Source of the DNA: Desulfatiglandales bacterium
Lineage (GTDB): Bacteria > Desulfobacterota > DSM-4660 > Desulfatiglandales > HGW-15
Length of the DNA stretch: 64,000 nt
Assembly: GCA_963667015.2 (NCBI GenBank)
Contig: CAXXJJ010000004.1
Span: 416,001 to 480,000, forward strand
Reading direction: 5' to 3'
In this document: piece after piece, positions 6,836 through 16,269 of the stretch
Layout: every line of letters begins with the position of its first letter
Numbering within the stretch: the stretch's first letter is position 1
Program-made: the position numbers and the translations under genes
Notes under the pieces: model-generated
What the model was told of the DNA's origin: nothing
The model's database searches: none
The model's input: the letters and a program-made list of their open reading frames with translations, nothing else

Positions 6836-9800
6836 ATGAATTTTATACATTTACACGTTCACTCTTCCTTTTCCAAAGGCTGGGGCATAGGCTCCATTGA
6901 AGAACTCTGTCATTCTGCCATCGACATGGGCATGAACACCTTTGCCCTTACCGATACAAACGGTCTTTACGGGCTTATCTTTTATCTTGAAGCCGCAAGA
7001 GAAATGGGGATCAGTCCTATTGTCGGAAGCGAGATCATAACCGATAACAGCAGGGCCGTTCTTCTGGTAAAGGACAGGGAAGGGTACTCAAACCTCTGCC
7101 GGATAATTTCAGCCAGAAAATGTCACAAAAATTTTGAGCTTATTGATTCCCTTCGGGTGCACCGGAAGGGACTGATTGTCATATCCGATGACTTCAGGCT
7201 GCTTAAGGCCCTTAAGCGTGATTCAAACAGGGATATATATGTGGAGATGTCACCCGGGTACAGTATGCACAAATGCCTTGCCTTTTCCCGTGACAGTAAA
7301 ATACCGCCTGTTGCCACCAACAGGGTATTTTTAACCTCAAAAGACCAGTTTGAACTTCACAGAGTCTTGCGTGCTGTTGACCTTAACAGCAAGCTGTCCA
7401 GGCTTAAAAAAGATGATTACTGCATGGAGCACAATTTTTTTAATTCGTCCCAATCCATGATTGACCAGTTTCCCCATGTGCCTGATGCAATAAACAACAC
7501 AGTAAAAATCGCAGAACAATGCATGAAGGAGTGGGATATTTTCACCCTTACCTTTCCTGATTTTGAAAATATGAACAATAAACAGGCCTTTGACAGGCTT
7601 TATAATGAAACCTTAAAAGGGTGTGAAAGGCGTTATGGCGGGATTACCGATAAAGTAAAAGAGCGTATCGACCATGAGATGAAGATCATACAGGAAAAGA
7701 ACTTCAGTCATTATTTTCTTGTTGTGGCTGACCTTGCCGAAAAGTCCCCCCGCTCCTGCGGGAGGGGAAGCGCCGCGGCATCAATCGTGTCATACGCCCT
7801 TGGCATAACCCATGTTGACCCCATAAAACATAATCTCTTTTTTGAACGGTTCCTGAATCCGGGCAGGATTGATCCCCCTGATATTGATATTGATTTCGCA
7901 TGGGATGAGCGTGAGCAGGTGCTGGATTACCTGTTCTATAAACATGGGAATAAAAAGGCGGCAATGGTAGCAAATCACAATACATTTGGTGCAAGGTCCG
8001 CGGTAAGGGAAGTGGCAAAGGTATTTGGGCTTACAGAGCAGGAGATAGGACGAGTAACAGAGCGGATAGGATTCGGCTGGAGACTTAAAAAGATGTGGAG
8101 TGAACTCAAAGATCATCCCAAGATGCGGGATATTGAGTTCGCTGATCCGTGGAATGAAATCCTGGCAACGGCCGTAAAACTGGAGGATCATCTCAATCAT
8201 TTGTCCGTTCACTGCGGCGGAATAGTTATAGTTCCGGATGAGATAAGACGTTATTGCCCGGTTGAGATATCTGCCAACGGTGCCCAGGTACTCCAGTGGG
8301 AAAAGGACTCGGTGGAAGATGCAGGACTTGTAAAGATAGACATACTCGGGAACAGGAGTCTTGCAGTAATACGGGACAGTATTGATCTTGTGGAAAGAAA
8401 CCATGGAATCAAAATAGACTATGCCGCCTGGAATCCTGTTGATGATCCGGATACTGTGAAGATTTTTTACAGGGGTGACACATTCGGGGTATTCTATTTT
8501 GAAAGCCCTGCAACACGACAGGTCCTCACAAAGGTTGCAAGCGGGATTGCCTTTGAGGATTACATCAAAATGGACCACTTTCATCTTAATGTGGTGGTCA
8601 CATCCATTATAAGACCTGCATCAAACCAGAGTATAAGGATATGGGTTGCAAGGCTCCATGGCGGGCCATGGGATGCTATTCATCCTCTTTTAATGCCTGT
8701 TCTTGAGGAGACCCTTGGCGTTATGGTTTTTCAGGAGCAGTTGAGCCAGGCGGCAATATATATGGGAGGATTTGATGCTGCTGAGGCCGATATGCTCAGG
8801 AAGGTGGTCAGTAAAAAGAACAGGGAAAAAAAGCTTAAGGATTTTCATAAAAGGTTTATCCTGGGGGCGTCTGAAAAAGGGGTAGACAGGGAGATAACAG
8901 ACAATGTGTGGGAGATGATGATGGGGTTTGACGGATACAGTTTCTGTAAACCTCATTCAGCCAGCTACACCATGGTTGCATACAAGTCTGCCTGGCTGAG
9001 GGCCCATTACCCTGCCGAATTCATGGCATCAGTTATTTCAAACGGGGGAGGGTATTACTCCACCTATGGGTATATATCGGAGGCAAGGCGTATGGGGTTA
9101 ACAGTGCTTCCTCCTGATATAAACCTGAGCGAAATAAAATATACGGGGAGGGATAAAAATATAAGGATAGGCCTTATGCAGTTGAAGGAGCTTTCCATGG
9201 AGGCACGGGATTCCATCATATATGAGCGGAATAAAAACGGACTGTTTAAATCTATTGAAGATTTCCTGAAACGAATTTCAGGCCGTATGCACTTGCAGGA
9301 TGCCAGGGTGCTCATAAAGGCCGGATGCTTTGACAGTATATGCAATGGTATTAACAGACCTGGCCTTATCTGGATGGCTCTTGATTTTTTCAATAAAAAG
9401 GAGGAAAGGGAACAGTCTCAGACACTCTTTGATTATGGAAAGAAACCGGTTCCTATAAGCATGCCGGCGCTAAAAAGGGAAAACTACTCAAAATCTACCA
9501 TGCTTAAGCATGAATCCGAGATACTTGGGTTTATCCTTTCGGTTCATCCCCTTGAACTTTATCAGGATCTTTTAAGAAAAATAAAATATGTGCAGGCAAA
9601 GGATCTCTCAAAATACACAGGCAGATATGTAACCATGGTCGGATGGCTTGTAACGGGCAAAACAGTGAGAACAAAGGAAGGCGACCAGATGAAGTTCGTT
9701 TCCTTTGAAGATACGACAGGTATCTATGAAACTGTGTTTTTCCCGAAAATATATAACAGTTACTGCCATATGCTTAACGCTGCAAGACCCTATATGCTTA

Positions 9801-9880
9801 AAGGAAAGGTGGATATGGATTTTGGGTCGATAAATGTAAATGTTCAGTGGCTGGGATTTCTGGACAGATATAAAGGGTGA
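6836..9880 (+). CDS. dnaE2: error-prone DNA polymerase III alpha (DnaE2/ImuC type)
   Basis: PHP domain HLHVHS; GRGSAAAS; catalytic PPDIDIDF; KIDILG; C-terminal OB fold; downstream of lexA and imuB. Confidence 0.9.
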   Translation: MNFIHLHVHSSFSKGWGIGSIEELCHSAIDMGMNTFALTDTNGLYGLIFYLEAAREMGISPIVGSEIITDNSRAVLLVKDREGYSNLCRIISARKCHKNFELIDSLRVHRKGLIVISDDFRLLKALKRDSNRDIYVEMSPGYSMHKCLAFSRDSKIPPVATNRVFLTSKDQFELHRVLRAVDLNSKLSRLKKDDYCMEHNFFNSSQSMIDQFPHVPDAINNTVKIAEQCMKEWDIFTLTFPDFENMNNKQAFDRLYNETLKGCERRYGGITDKVKERIDHEMKIIQEKNFSHYFLVVADLAEKSPRSCGRGSAAASIVSYALGITHVDPIKHNLFFERFLNPGRIDPPDIDIDFAWDEREQVLDYLFYKHGNKKAAMVANHNTFGARSAVREVAKVFGLTEQEIGRVTERIGFGWRLKKMWSELKDHPKMRDIEFADPWNEILATAVKLEDHLNHLSVHCGGIVIVPDEIRRYCPVEISANGAQVLQWEKDSVEDAGLVKIDILGNRSLAVIRDSIDLVERNHGIKIDYAAWNPVDDPDTVKIFYRGDTFGVFYFESPATRQVLTKVASGIAFEDYIKMDHFHLNVVVTSIIRPASNQSIRIWVARLHGGPWDAIHPLLMPVLEETLGVMVFQEQLSQAAIYMGGFDAAEADMLRKVVSKKNREKKLKDFHKRFILGASEKGVDREITDNVWEMMMGFDGYSFCKPHSASYTMVAYKSAWLRAHYPAEFMASVISNGGGYYSTYGYISEARRMGLTVLPPDINLSEIKYTGRDKNIRIGLMQLKELSMEARDSIIYERNKNGLFKSIEDFLKRISGRMHLQDARVLIKAGCFDSICNGINRPGLIWMALDFFNKKEEREQSQTLFDYGKKPVPISMPALKRENYSKSTMLKHESEILGFILSVHPLELYQDLLRKIKYVQAKDLSKYTGRYVTMVGWLVTGKTVRTKEGDQMKFVSFEDTTGIYETVFFPKIYNSYCHMLNAARPYMLKGKVDMDFGSINVNVQWLGFLDRYKG

Positions 9881-9900
9881 AGTTAAGCAAGAAAATATAC

Positions 9901-9930
9901 TTGACGCGTAACCGTAATAACTCATATACT
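9901..9930 (+). promoter_or_regulatory. probable sigma-70 promoter of glyQS
   Basis: TTGACG-N18-TATACT. Confidence 0.5.
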
Positions 9931-9986
9931 CCCGTCTTTAAAAATTATTTAATATCAAAATGATGCAAAAGTAGCGGAGGTGTGCC

Positions 9987-11477
9987 ATCGCAAAACAGAA
10001 AAATCAAAGAAGTGAAATAGTCGAGAAAGTCGTATCCCTTGCAAAGAGAAAAGGTTTTGTTTTTCAATCGAGCGAAATCTACGGAGGTTTGAATGGCTGC
10101 TGGGATTACGGCCCTCTGGGCGTTGAACTTCTAAAGAATATTAAGGAAGAATGGTGGAAGTTCATGACATACCGGGAAGATGTTGAAGGACAGGATGCAA
10201 GCATCCTGATGCATCCCCGTGTATGGGAAGCTTCCGGACATGTTGAAAACTTCACAGATCCAATGGTCGACTGTAAACAGTGCAAATCAAGATTCAGGCT
10301 CGATATCCTTGGGGATGCAATACCTGATAAGAAAAAGGAAAAGGTTTTTACCTCCTTTTCCGAGGCTGTTAAAGGTTCCGAAAAGGAACAGATGGTCCAA
10401 GATATCATTAATCTGGATATTTCTTTGAATGAGAAATTTGAGAAGATTCTTGAGAATAATACAATTGCCTTTGATCTCCTTGCCCATATTAACTGTCCAA
10501 ACTGCGGAACCGAGAACTCTTTTACCGAGCCGAGAAAGTTTAATTTAATGTTTAAAACCTTTGTCGGACCGGTTGAAAGCGAAGATAATGTAGTTTATCT
10601 CAGACCTGAAACAGCCCAGGGTATATACGTCAATTTTCTTAATGTACAGGTTGCAAGCCGCCAGAAGCTTCCCTTTGGAATTGCCCAGATAGGAAAGGCC
10701 TTCAGAAATGAGATAAATACAAAGAACTTTCTTTTCAGGACCAGGGAATTTGAACAGATGGAAATGCAGTACTTTGTAAAACCTGAAGATGATGAAAAGT
10801 TTTATAAATACTGGAAAGAGGCAAGACTTGAATGGTTTAAATCTCTGGGGATGTCTCCTGATAAGCTTAGATATCATGACCATCCTGATGATAAACTCGC
10901 ACATTACGCAAAGGAAGCAACGGATATAGAATACCTTTTCCCCTTCGGATGGGGTGAGATTGAAGGAATCCATAACAGGACCAACTTTGACCTTAACCGC
11001 CATGAAGAATATTCAGGCAAATCCATGAGGTATTTTGATGAAGAGACCAAGGAAAAGATAATCCCCTTTATTATTGAGACATCAGCCGGTGCAAGCAGAT
11101 CCTTTATGGCATTTCTCGTAGATGCCTATCAGGAGGAAGAGGTAAATGGTGAAAACCGTGTTGTTCTTAAATTTCATCCAAAACTGGCACCGATAAAGGC
11201 TGCAATATTTCCGCTCGTAAACAGGGATGGGATGCCTGAACTGGCACGTAAAATAGAGGCCGATTTAAGGCCTTATCTGCGTGTTTTCTTTGATTCAAAG
11301 GGGGCGATAGGAAGACGTTACAGGAGGCAGGATGAGGCTGGAACACCGTTCTGTATTACTATTGATACCCAGACCCTTTCGGATAATACTGTCACTGTAC
11401 GTGAAAGAGATTCCATGGAGCAGAAGCGTATTGAGATGGATAAACTGCTCATGTATCTGCTTGATAGACTGAGGTAG
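9987..11477 (+). CDS. glyQS: glycine--tRNA ligase (alpha2 type); probable non-canonical ATC start
   Basis: LRPETAQG, RTREFEQME and IGRRYRRQDEAG motifs; the conserved EKVVSLAKRKGFVFQSSEIYGG lies upstream of the ORF-track start (10089); SD GGAGG at 9976. Confidence 0.92.
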   Translation: MAKQKNQRSEIVEKVVSLAKRKGFVFQSSEIYGGLNGCWDYGPLGVELLKNIKEEWWKFMTYREDVEGQDASILMHPRVWEASGHVENFTDPMVDCKQCKSRFRLDILGDAIPDKKKEKVFTSFSEAVKGSEKEQMVQDIINLDISLNEKFEKILENNTIAFDLLAHINCPNCGTENSFTEPRKFNLMFKTFVGPVESEDNVVYLRPETAQGIYVNFLNVQVASRQKLPFGIAQIGKAFRNEINTKNFLFRTREFEQMEMQYFVKPEDDEKFYKYWKEARLEWFKSLGMSPDKLRYHDHPDDKLAHYAKEATDIEYLFPFGWGEIEGIHNRTNFDLNRHEEYSGKSMRYFDEETKEKIIPFIIETSAGASRSFMAFLVDAYQEEEVNGENRVVLKFHPKLAPIKAAIFPLVNRDGMPELARKIEADLRPYLRVFFDSKGAIGRRYRRQDEAGTPFCITIDTQTLSDNTVTVRERDSMEQKRIEMDKLLMYLLDRLR

Positions 11478-11501
11478 TGTCAAAATTTTAATAAAATTAA
11501 G

Positions 11502-11533
11502 AAGCCCTGGCATTTAGATGCAGGGCTTTTTTT
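11502..11533 (+). terminator. intrinsic terminator after glyQS
   Basis: AAGCCCT-G-GCAT/TTAG/ATGC-AGGGCTT followed by a T run. Confidence 0.8.
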
Positions 11534-11708
11534 AATGATATTATTCAAATAAATATAAGGATTACTTGTAAAAACCTTATAAAGATTATATTGTATTGTC
11601 CGGATTGTATTAAATTGAGTGTTCAGGGGATAATATAAAAACATCTCCAAATAAAACAGGACCGACTTACAATCCTGCTATTTGAATTTATTTGAATTGA
11701 AGGAATAT

Positions 11709-13217
11709 ATGACAGAGGAAAAGGAAGATAAAGTAGAATATCACAGGGCGGAAAGTCCGGAATTTTTAACTGAAACAAAATTTGAAGATCTTGGATTACC
11801 TGAAAAGATACTTGCCGGGCTCAAGGAAGCCGGGTTTGAAAAATGCACACCTATTCAGCAACAGGTTATCCCTGTCTCCCTCTCGGGTAAAGATGTCGCC
11901 GGCCAGGCCCAGACCGGTACAGGGAAAACCATCGCATTTTTAGTATCAGTCTTTTCCCGCCTGCTTTCGGATGACCTCAAAAAAAACAATCTGTCCTCAG
12001 CCCTTATAGTGGCTCCCACAAGGGAACTTGCCCTGCAGATTTATGAAGATGCCGAACTGATAGGCAAAAACACGGGTCTGACCTTTGCCCAGGTTGTGGG
12101 AGGTATTGATTATAAAAAACAGGCTGATAAACTGCTTGAAGGTCCGGATGTAGTAATATGCACCCCGGGCCGGGTTATTGACTATATCAAGCAGGGAGTT
12201 TTCAAAACCAACGGAATAAAGATAGTTGTGGTTGATGAAGCGGATCGTCTTTTTGATCTTGGGTTTACCAAGGATATGCGCTTCATATTGAAAAAATTAC
12301 CTAAATATACCGAACGGCAGTCACTTCTTTTTTCCGCTACACTCTCACACAAGGTTCTGGCACTCACATATGACTATATGAACCTTCCAGAGTTTATATC
12401 TGTTATACCGGATACCACTGCAGTAGAAAATATAGAGCAGGTACTTTACCATGTGGGCTCACATGAGAAGTTCAATCTTTTACTGGGGCTTCTTGAACGG
12501 GAAGACTGGTCCAGTGTGCTTATCTTTGCCAATACAAAGGCCGAGGTTGAAGTTCTTGAGCACAGATTAAAGGGAAACGGTTTTCCTGCTGAAGGCATCA
12601 CCGGAGACCTTCCTCAGACAAAACGTCTTAAGCTGATGGAGCGGTTTAAGAACGGAAAGACAAAAATTCTAGTTGCGACTGATGTTGCGTCAAGGGGCAT
12701 CCATGTGGAAGATATAAGTCATGTTTTCAACTATGATCTTCCCCAGGATGCTGAAAATTATACCCATAGAATAGGACGTACCGCCAGGGCAGGAAAGAGC
12801 GGCAAGGCTATATCCATGGCCTGTGAAACCTATGTTTATTTTCTTGAACCAATTGAAAAAATGCTTGATAAGAGTATTCCTGTGGAATGGCCTGAAGAGG
12901 GCTGGTTTAAGGAAGATAAGTCCCCGCCCGTTACCTCCAGAAGGAGAGGTCGTCCGACAAAGTCTTTAAAGCCAAGGACGAAAAGCCCTGCTAAAAAGAG
13001 CAAAGAACCACCCTCATATCTTCGGAATATCGGATGGAGTACTGAACCGGGAGGTATTTTTGGTCTTGTGCCGGAAAAACGTGTGACTGTTGAAGGCAAG
13101 GCTGAGCAGACGCCTAAAAAGAAAAAAAAGAAAAGCCGACCGCGAAGGAAGAAAAAACCGGTACAGCATAATGAAACACCGGATACAAACACCAGCGTAG
13201 AAAAAAGCAGTTCCTGA
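11709..13217 (+). CDS. DEAD-box RNA helicase (RhlB-like) with basic C-terminal tail
   Basis: AQTGTGKT, PTRELA, DEAD, SAT and HRIGRTAR motifs; ATG at 11709 follows AAGGA. Confidence 0.95.
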   Translation: MTEEKEDKVEYHRAESPEFLTETKFEDLGLPEKILAGLKEAGFEKCTPIQQQVIPVSLSGKDVAGQAQTGTGKTIAFLVSVFSRLLSDDLKKNNLSSALIVAPTRELALQIYEDAELIGKNTGLTFAQVVGGIDYKKQADKLLEGPDVVICTPGRVIDYIKQGVFKTNGIKIVVVDEADRLFDLGFTKDMRFILKKLPKYTERQSLLFSATLSHKVLALTYDYMNLPEFISVIPDTTAVENIEQVLYHVGSHEKFNLLLGLLEREDWSSVLIFANTKAEVEVLEHRLKGNGFPAEGITGDLPQTKRLKLMERFKNGKTKILVATDVASRGIHVEDISHVFNYDLPQDAENYTHRIGRTARAGKSGKAISMACETYVYFLEPIEKMLDKSIPVEWPEEGWFKEDKSPPVTSRRRGRPTKSLKPRTKSPAKKSKEPPSYLRNIGWSTEPGGIFGLVPEKRVTVEGKAEQTPKKKKKKSRPRRKKKPVQHNETPDTNTSVEKSSS

Positions 13218-13239
13218 GATAAATAATCCTGAAACCGCC

Positions 13240-14889
13240 ATGAATTTTCTTCCCATAACCAAAGAAGAAATGCAGCAAAGAGGCTGGAATGAACTTGATG
13301 TTATCCTTGTTACAGGGGATGCATATGTGGATCATCCTGCCTTTGGCATAGCTGTAATAGGCCGGGTGCTCGAAAGTAAGGGTTTCAGGGTTGGCATAAT
13401 ATCAATGCCTGACTGGAGAAATCCTGCTTCCCTGAACGCGCTGGGTAAGCCCAGGCTGTTTTTTGGTGTAACAGGCGGTGCCGTTGATTCTCTGGTATCA
13501 AAATATACTTCATTCAAACGCCTGAGAAGTGATGATCCATATACTCCTGGTAAATCAGGTTCCGATCGGCCTGACCGTGCTATCATCACATACTGCAATC
13601 ACATAAAAAGCATATACAAGGATGTTCCTGTTGTAATAGGAGGCATAGAAGCCTCCATGAGGCGTATTGCCCATTTTGATTTCTGGAGCAACAAGGTCAG
13701 AAGATCAATAATTGAAGACTCCAGGGCTGATGTACTTGTATACGGCATGGGCGAATCACAGATAGTAAAAATCGCACAAAGGCTTGCAGCAGGGGAGGGG
13801 CTGGAGAATATTCCAGGTACAGTAATATTGTCAGGAGAAATGCCTGATAATGCAGTAATACTTCCAACGGAAGAGGATGCAGTAAATGATATAACCAGTT
13901 TTATGGAGTTGTATAAGCTGTTTTATAGAAACCAGCATAAAACAATGGCCCAGAAAACTGCCAAGAGATATATAATCCATATTCCACCGCCTCAAGAGAA
14001 TACAGGCACCCTTGATGATATTTTCAGTCTTCCATTTTCACGCCTGCCTCATCCTTCATATAAAGAGCCTGTTCCAGCCTATGAGATGATAAAGAATTCG
14101 ATTATCTCACACAGAGGATGTTTTTCCGGGTGTTCATTCTGTTCTCTTACATTGCATCAGGGGAAAAGAATTGTAAGCAGGAGCCGCGGGTCAATTCTGG
14201 AAGAAGTGGAGGGACTGGCTGCAAGCAATCAATTCAAAGGACACATAACAGATATTGGGGGGCCGTCTGCAAATATGTATTCTTTTGAATGTGCAGCAAA
14301 ATGGAAATGCAGCCGTGAAAGCTGCCTTTTCCCTTCTATATGTAAAAACATTAAGTTTAAGACAGGGACATGGATAAATCTTCTTGAAGATGCTCTGTCG
14401 GTTAAAGATGTAAAAAACGTCACCATTGGTTCCGGTTTACGCTATGATCTTTTCATGAAAGACCCGGACAGTAAATCACTCCTTAATAAACTGGTTAAAT
14501 CCTTTATCAGCGGGCAGCTTAAAATAGCGCCGGAACACACTTCAGGAAGGGTTCTGGCTGCCATGAGAAAACCGCCTTTGTTCGATTTAAAGGAGTTTGT
14601 AGGGCATTTCAGGAACAGCACATCAAAGGCCGGGAAAAAACAGTACCTGCTGCCATACCTCATGTCATGTCATCCGGGCTGTATGTATAAGGATATGAAG
14701 GATGCCAGAAAAAAAATTATGGAACTCTTTAATTTTATCCCCGATCAGGTCCAGGCATTCATGCCTCTTCCAATGACCCTGTCTTCTGTTATCTATTATA
14801 CAGGTATGGATCCTTTAACCGATGAAAAATTTCCAGTGATAAAAGACATGAACGAAAGAAGAAAACAGCATAAAGTCTTCTTTGAATAA
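13240..14889 (+). CDS. YgiQ-family radical SAM protein
   Basis: GDAYVDHPAFG, GGIEASMRR, RGCFSGCSFC and DIGGPSANMY motifs. Confidence 0.9.
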   Translation: MNFLPITKEEMQQRGWNELDVILVTGDAYVDHPAFGIAVIGRVLESKGFRVGIISMPDWRNPASLNALGKPRLFFGVTGGAVDSLVSKYTSFKRLRSDDPYTPGKSGSDRPDRAIITYCNHIKSIYKDVPVVIGGIEASMRRIAHFDFWSNKVRRSIIEDSRADVLVYGMGESQIVKIAQRLAAGEGLENIPGTVILSGEMPDNAVILPTEEDAVNDITSFMELYKLFYRNQHKTMAQKTAKRYIIHIPPPQENTGTLDDIFSLPFSRLPHPSYKEPVPAYEMIKNSIISHRGCFSGCSFCSLTLHQGKRIVSRSRGSILEEVEGLAASNQFKGHITDIGGPSANMYSFECAAKWKCSRESCLFPSICKNIKFKTGTWINLLEDALSVKDVKNVTIGSGLRYDLFMKDPDSKSLLNKLVKSFISGQLKIAPEHTSGRVLAAMRKPPLFDLKEFVGHFRNSTSKAGKKQYLLPYLMSCHPGCMYKDMKDARKKIMELFNFIPDQVQAFMPLPMTLSSVIYYTGMDPLTDEKFPVIKDMNERRKQHKVFFE

Positions 14890-14892
14890 AGG

Positions 14893-16269
14893 TTAATAAA
14901 GCTCATATTTTTTAATTTTCAAACCAAGCGTCTTTCGGTTGATCCCGAGTAATTTTGCTGCTTCCGTCTTTCTTCCCTTTGTTTTTTTAAGGATAAACCT
15001 TATATATTTTTTCTCAAGTTCCTCCAGGGAAAGAATATCCTCTGTGAACATCTGAAAATCAACCTGGCTTCTTGATATGAAAGAAGGGAGGTCATGCGTT
15101 CTTATAATATCTCCCTCTTCCAGAATCAATATACGTTCAATGGTATGTTCAAGCTCCCTTACATTGCCGGGCCAGCTGTGTTCAATAAGGATATCCATGG
15201 CTTCGGGTGAAATCTCAGGCACATCTCTTTTTACCCGTTTACTGTATTTTTTCAGGAAGTGATCTATCAGCAGGGGAATGTCTTCTTTCCGGTTTCTTAA
15301 TGGCGGGATTCTCAGGGGTACTACACTCAACCTGTAATAAAGATCTTCACGAAATGATCCTTCATTTATCGATTCACGCAGGTCCTTATTGGATGCAGAT
15401 ATTATTCGGATATCCAGCTTTATTTTTTTCTGGTCTCCAACCTTCATGAATTCTCGTTCCTGAATAACCCTTAAAAGTTTAGCCTGTATCTTCTGGCTGA
15501 GGTTGGATATCTCATCAAAAAAGAAGGTCCCGTTGTTGGCAAGTTCAAATAAACCGTGTTTGGTATGATACGCCCCTGTAAATGATCCTTTCACATGGCC
15601 GAACAGTTCACTTTCCAGAAGTGTCTCAACAAGGGATGAACAGTCAATTGCAACAAACTCATTTTTATTCCGTTTGCTGTATTCATGAATAGCCTTGGCT
15701 ATCAATTCCTTTCCTGTACCGCTTTCACCTGTGATAAGGACTGTACTGTCGGTTGGTGCAACTTTAAGAACCTTCCCAAAAAGCGACTTCATTGCATGGC
15801 TCTTACCTATTATCAGTTCCTGAAAGGTATTTATGAGGAGCCCGTTTGAGGTGCCATCATGAATGTCCGTCGCTGAACTTGTTTCATTAAGGAAATTTAA
15901 TTTTTTAATGGAGGCTTCAAGATCATGGAGTTGAAAGGGTTTAACAAGATAGTCAACCGCCCCGAGTTTTATACAACGGACAGCCGTGTCTATTGTCGGA
16001 TATCCGGTTATCATAATTACCTTTAATGCGGGGCATATTTTTTTTATCTCATTTAAGACGGTCACCCCGTCCATTTCGGGCATTTTTATATCGAGAAGCG
16101 CCAGATCAAACTGCTGCTCTTTCAGTATTTCAAAGGCCTCCGGGCCGCTGGAAACAGCAACCGACTTAATTCCCCTGTCTGCGAGCGCCCGGGATACACT
16201 TTTTCTGATTACCGACTCATCATCTATAATCAGTATATTATTGATATTTAAACGGGTGTTATCAGGCAT
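14893..16269 (-). CDS. sigma-54-dependent response regulator (NtrC family)
   Basis: REC domain; GESGTGKE; ESELFGHVKGSFTGA; WPGNVREL; Fis-type HTH; start placed at MPDNT overlapping the upstream stop. Confidence 0.93.
   Translation of the reverse strand: MPDNTRLNINNILIIDDESVIRKSVSRALADRGIKSVAVSSGPEAFEILKEQQFDLALLDIKMPEMDGVTVLNEIKKICPALKVIMITGYPTIDTAVRCIKLGAVDYLVKPFQLHDLEASIKKLNFLNETSSATDIHDGTSNGLLINTFQELIIGKSHAMKSLFGKVLKVAPTDSTVLITGESGTGKELIAKAIHEYSKRNKNEFVAIDCSSLVETLLESELFGHVKGSFTGAYHTKHGLFELANNGTFFFDEISNLSQKIQAKLLRVIQEREFMKVGDQKKIKLDIRIISASNKDLRESINEGSFREDLYYRLSVVPLRIPPLRNRKEDIPLLIDHFLKKYSKRVKRDVPEISPEAMDILIEHSWPGNVRELEHTIERILILEEGDIIRTHDLPSFISRSQVDFQMFTEDILSLEELEKKYIRFILKKTKGRKTEAAKLLGINRKTLGLKIKKYELY

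Noticed and set aside
7790..8584. 264-aa antisense ORF in dnaE2, and similar long shadow ORFs such as 61297-61971
   Set aside because: Fully antisense to well-conserved genes, with no recognisable motifs
9931..9986. T-box riboswitch before glyQS
   Set aside because: Leader too short; no T-box consensus or terminator
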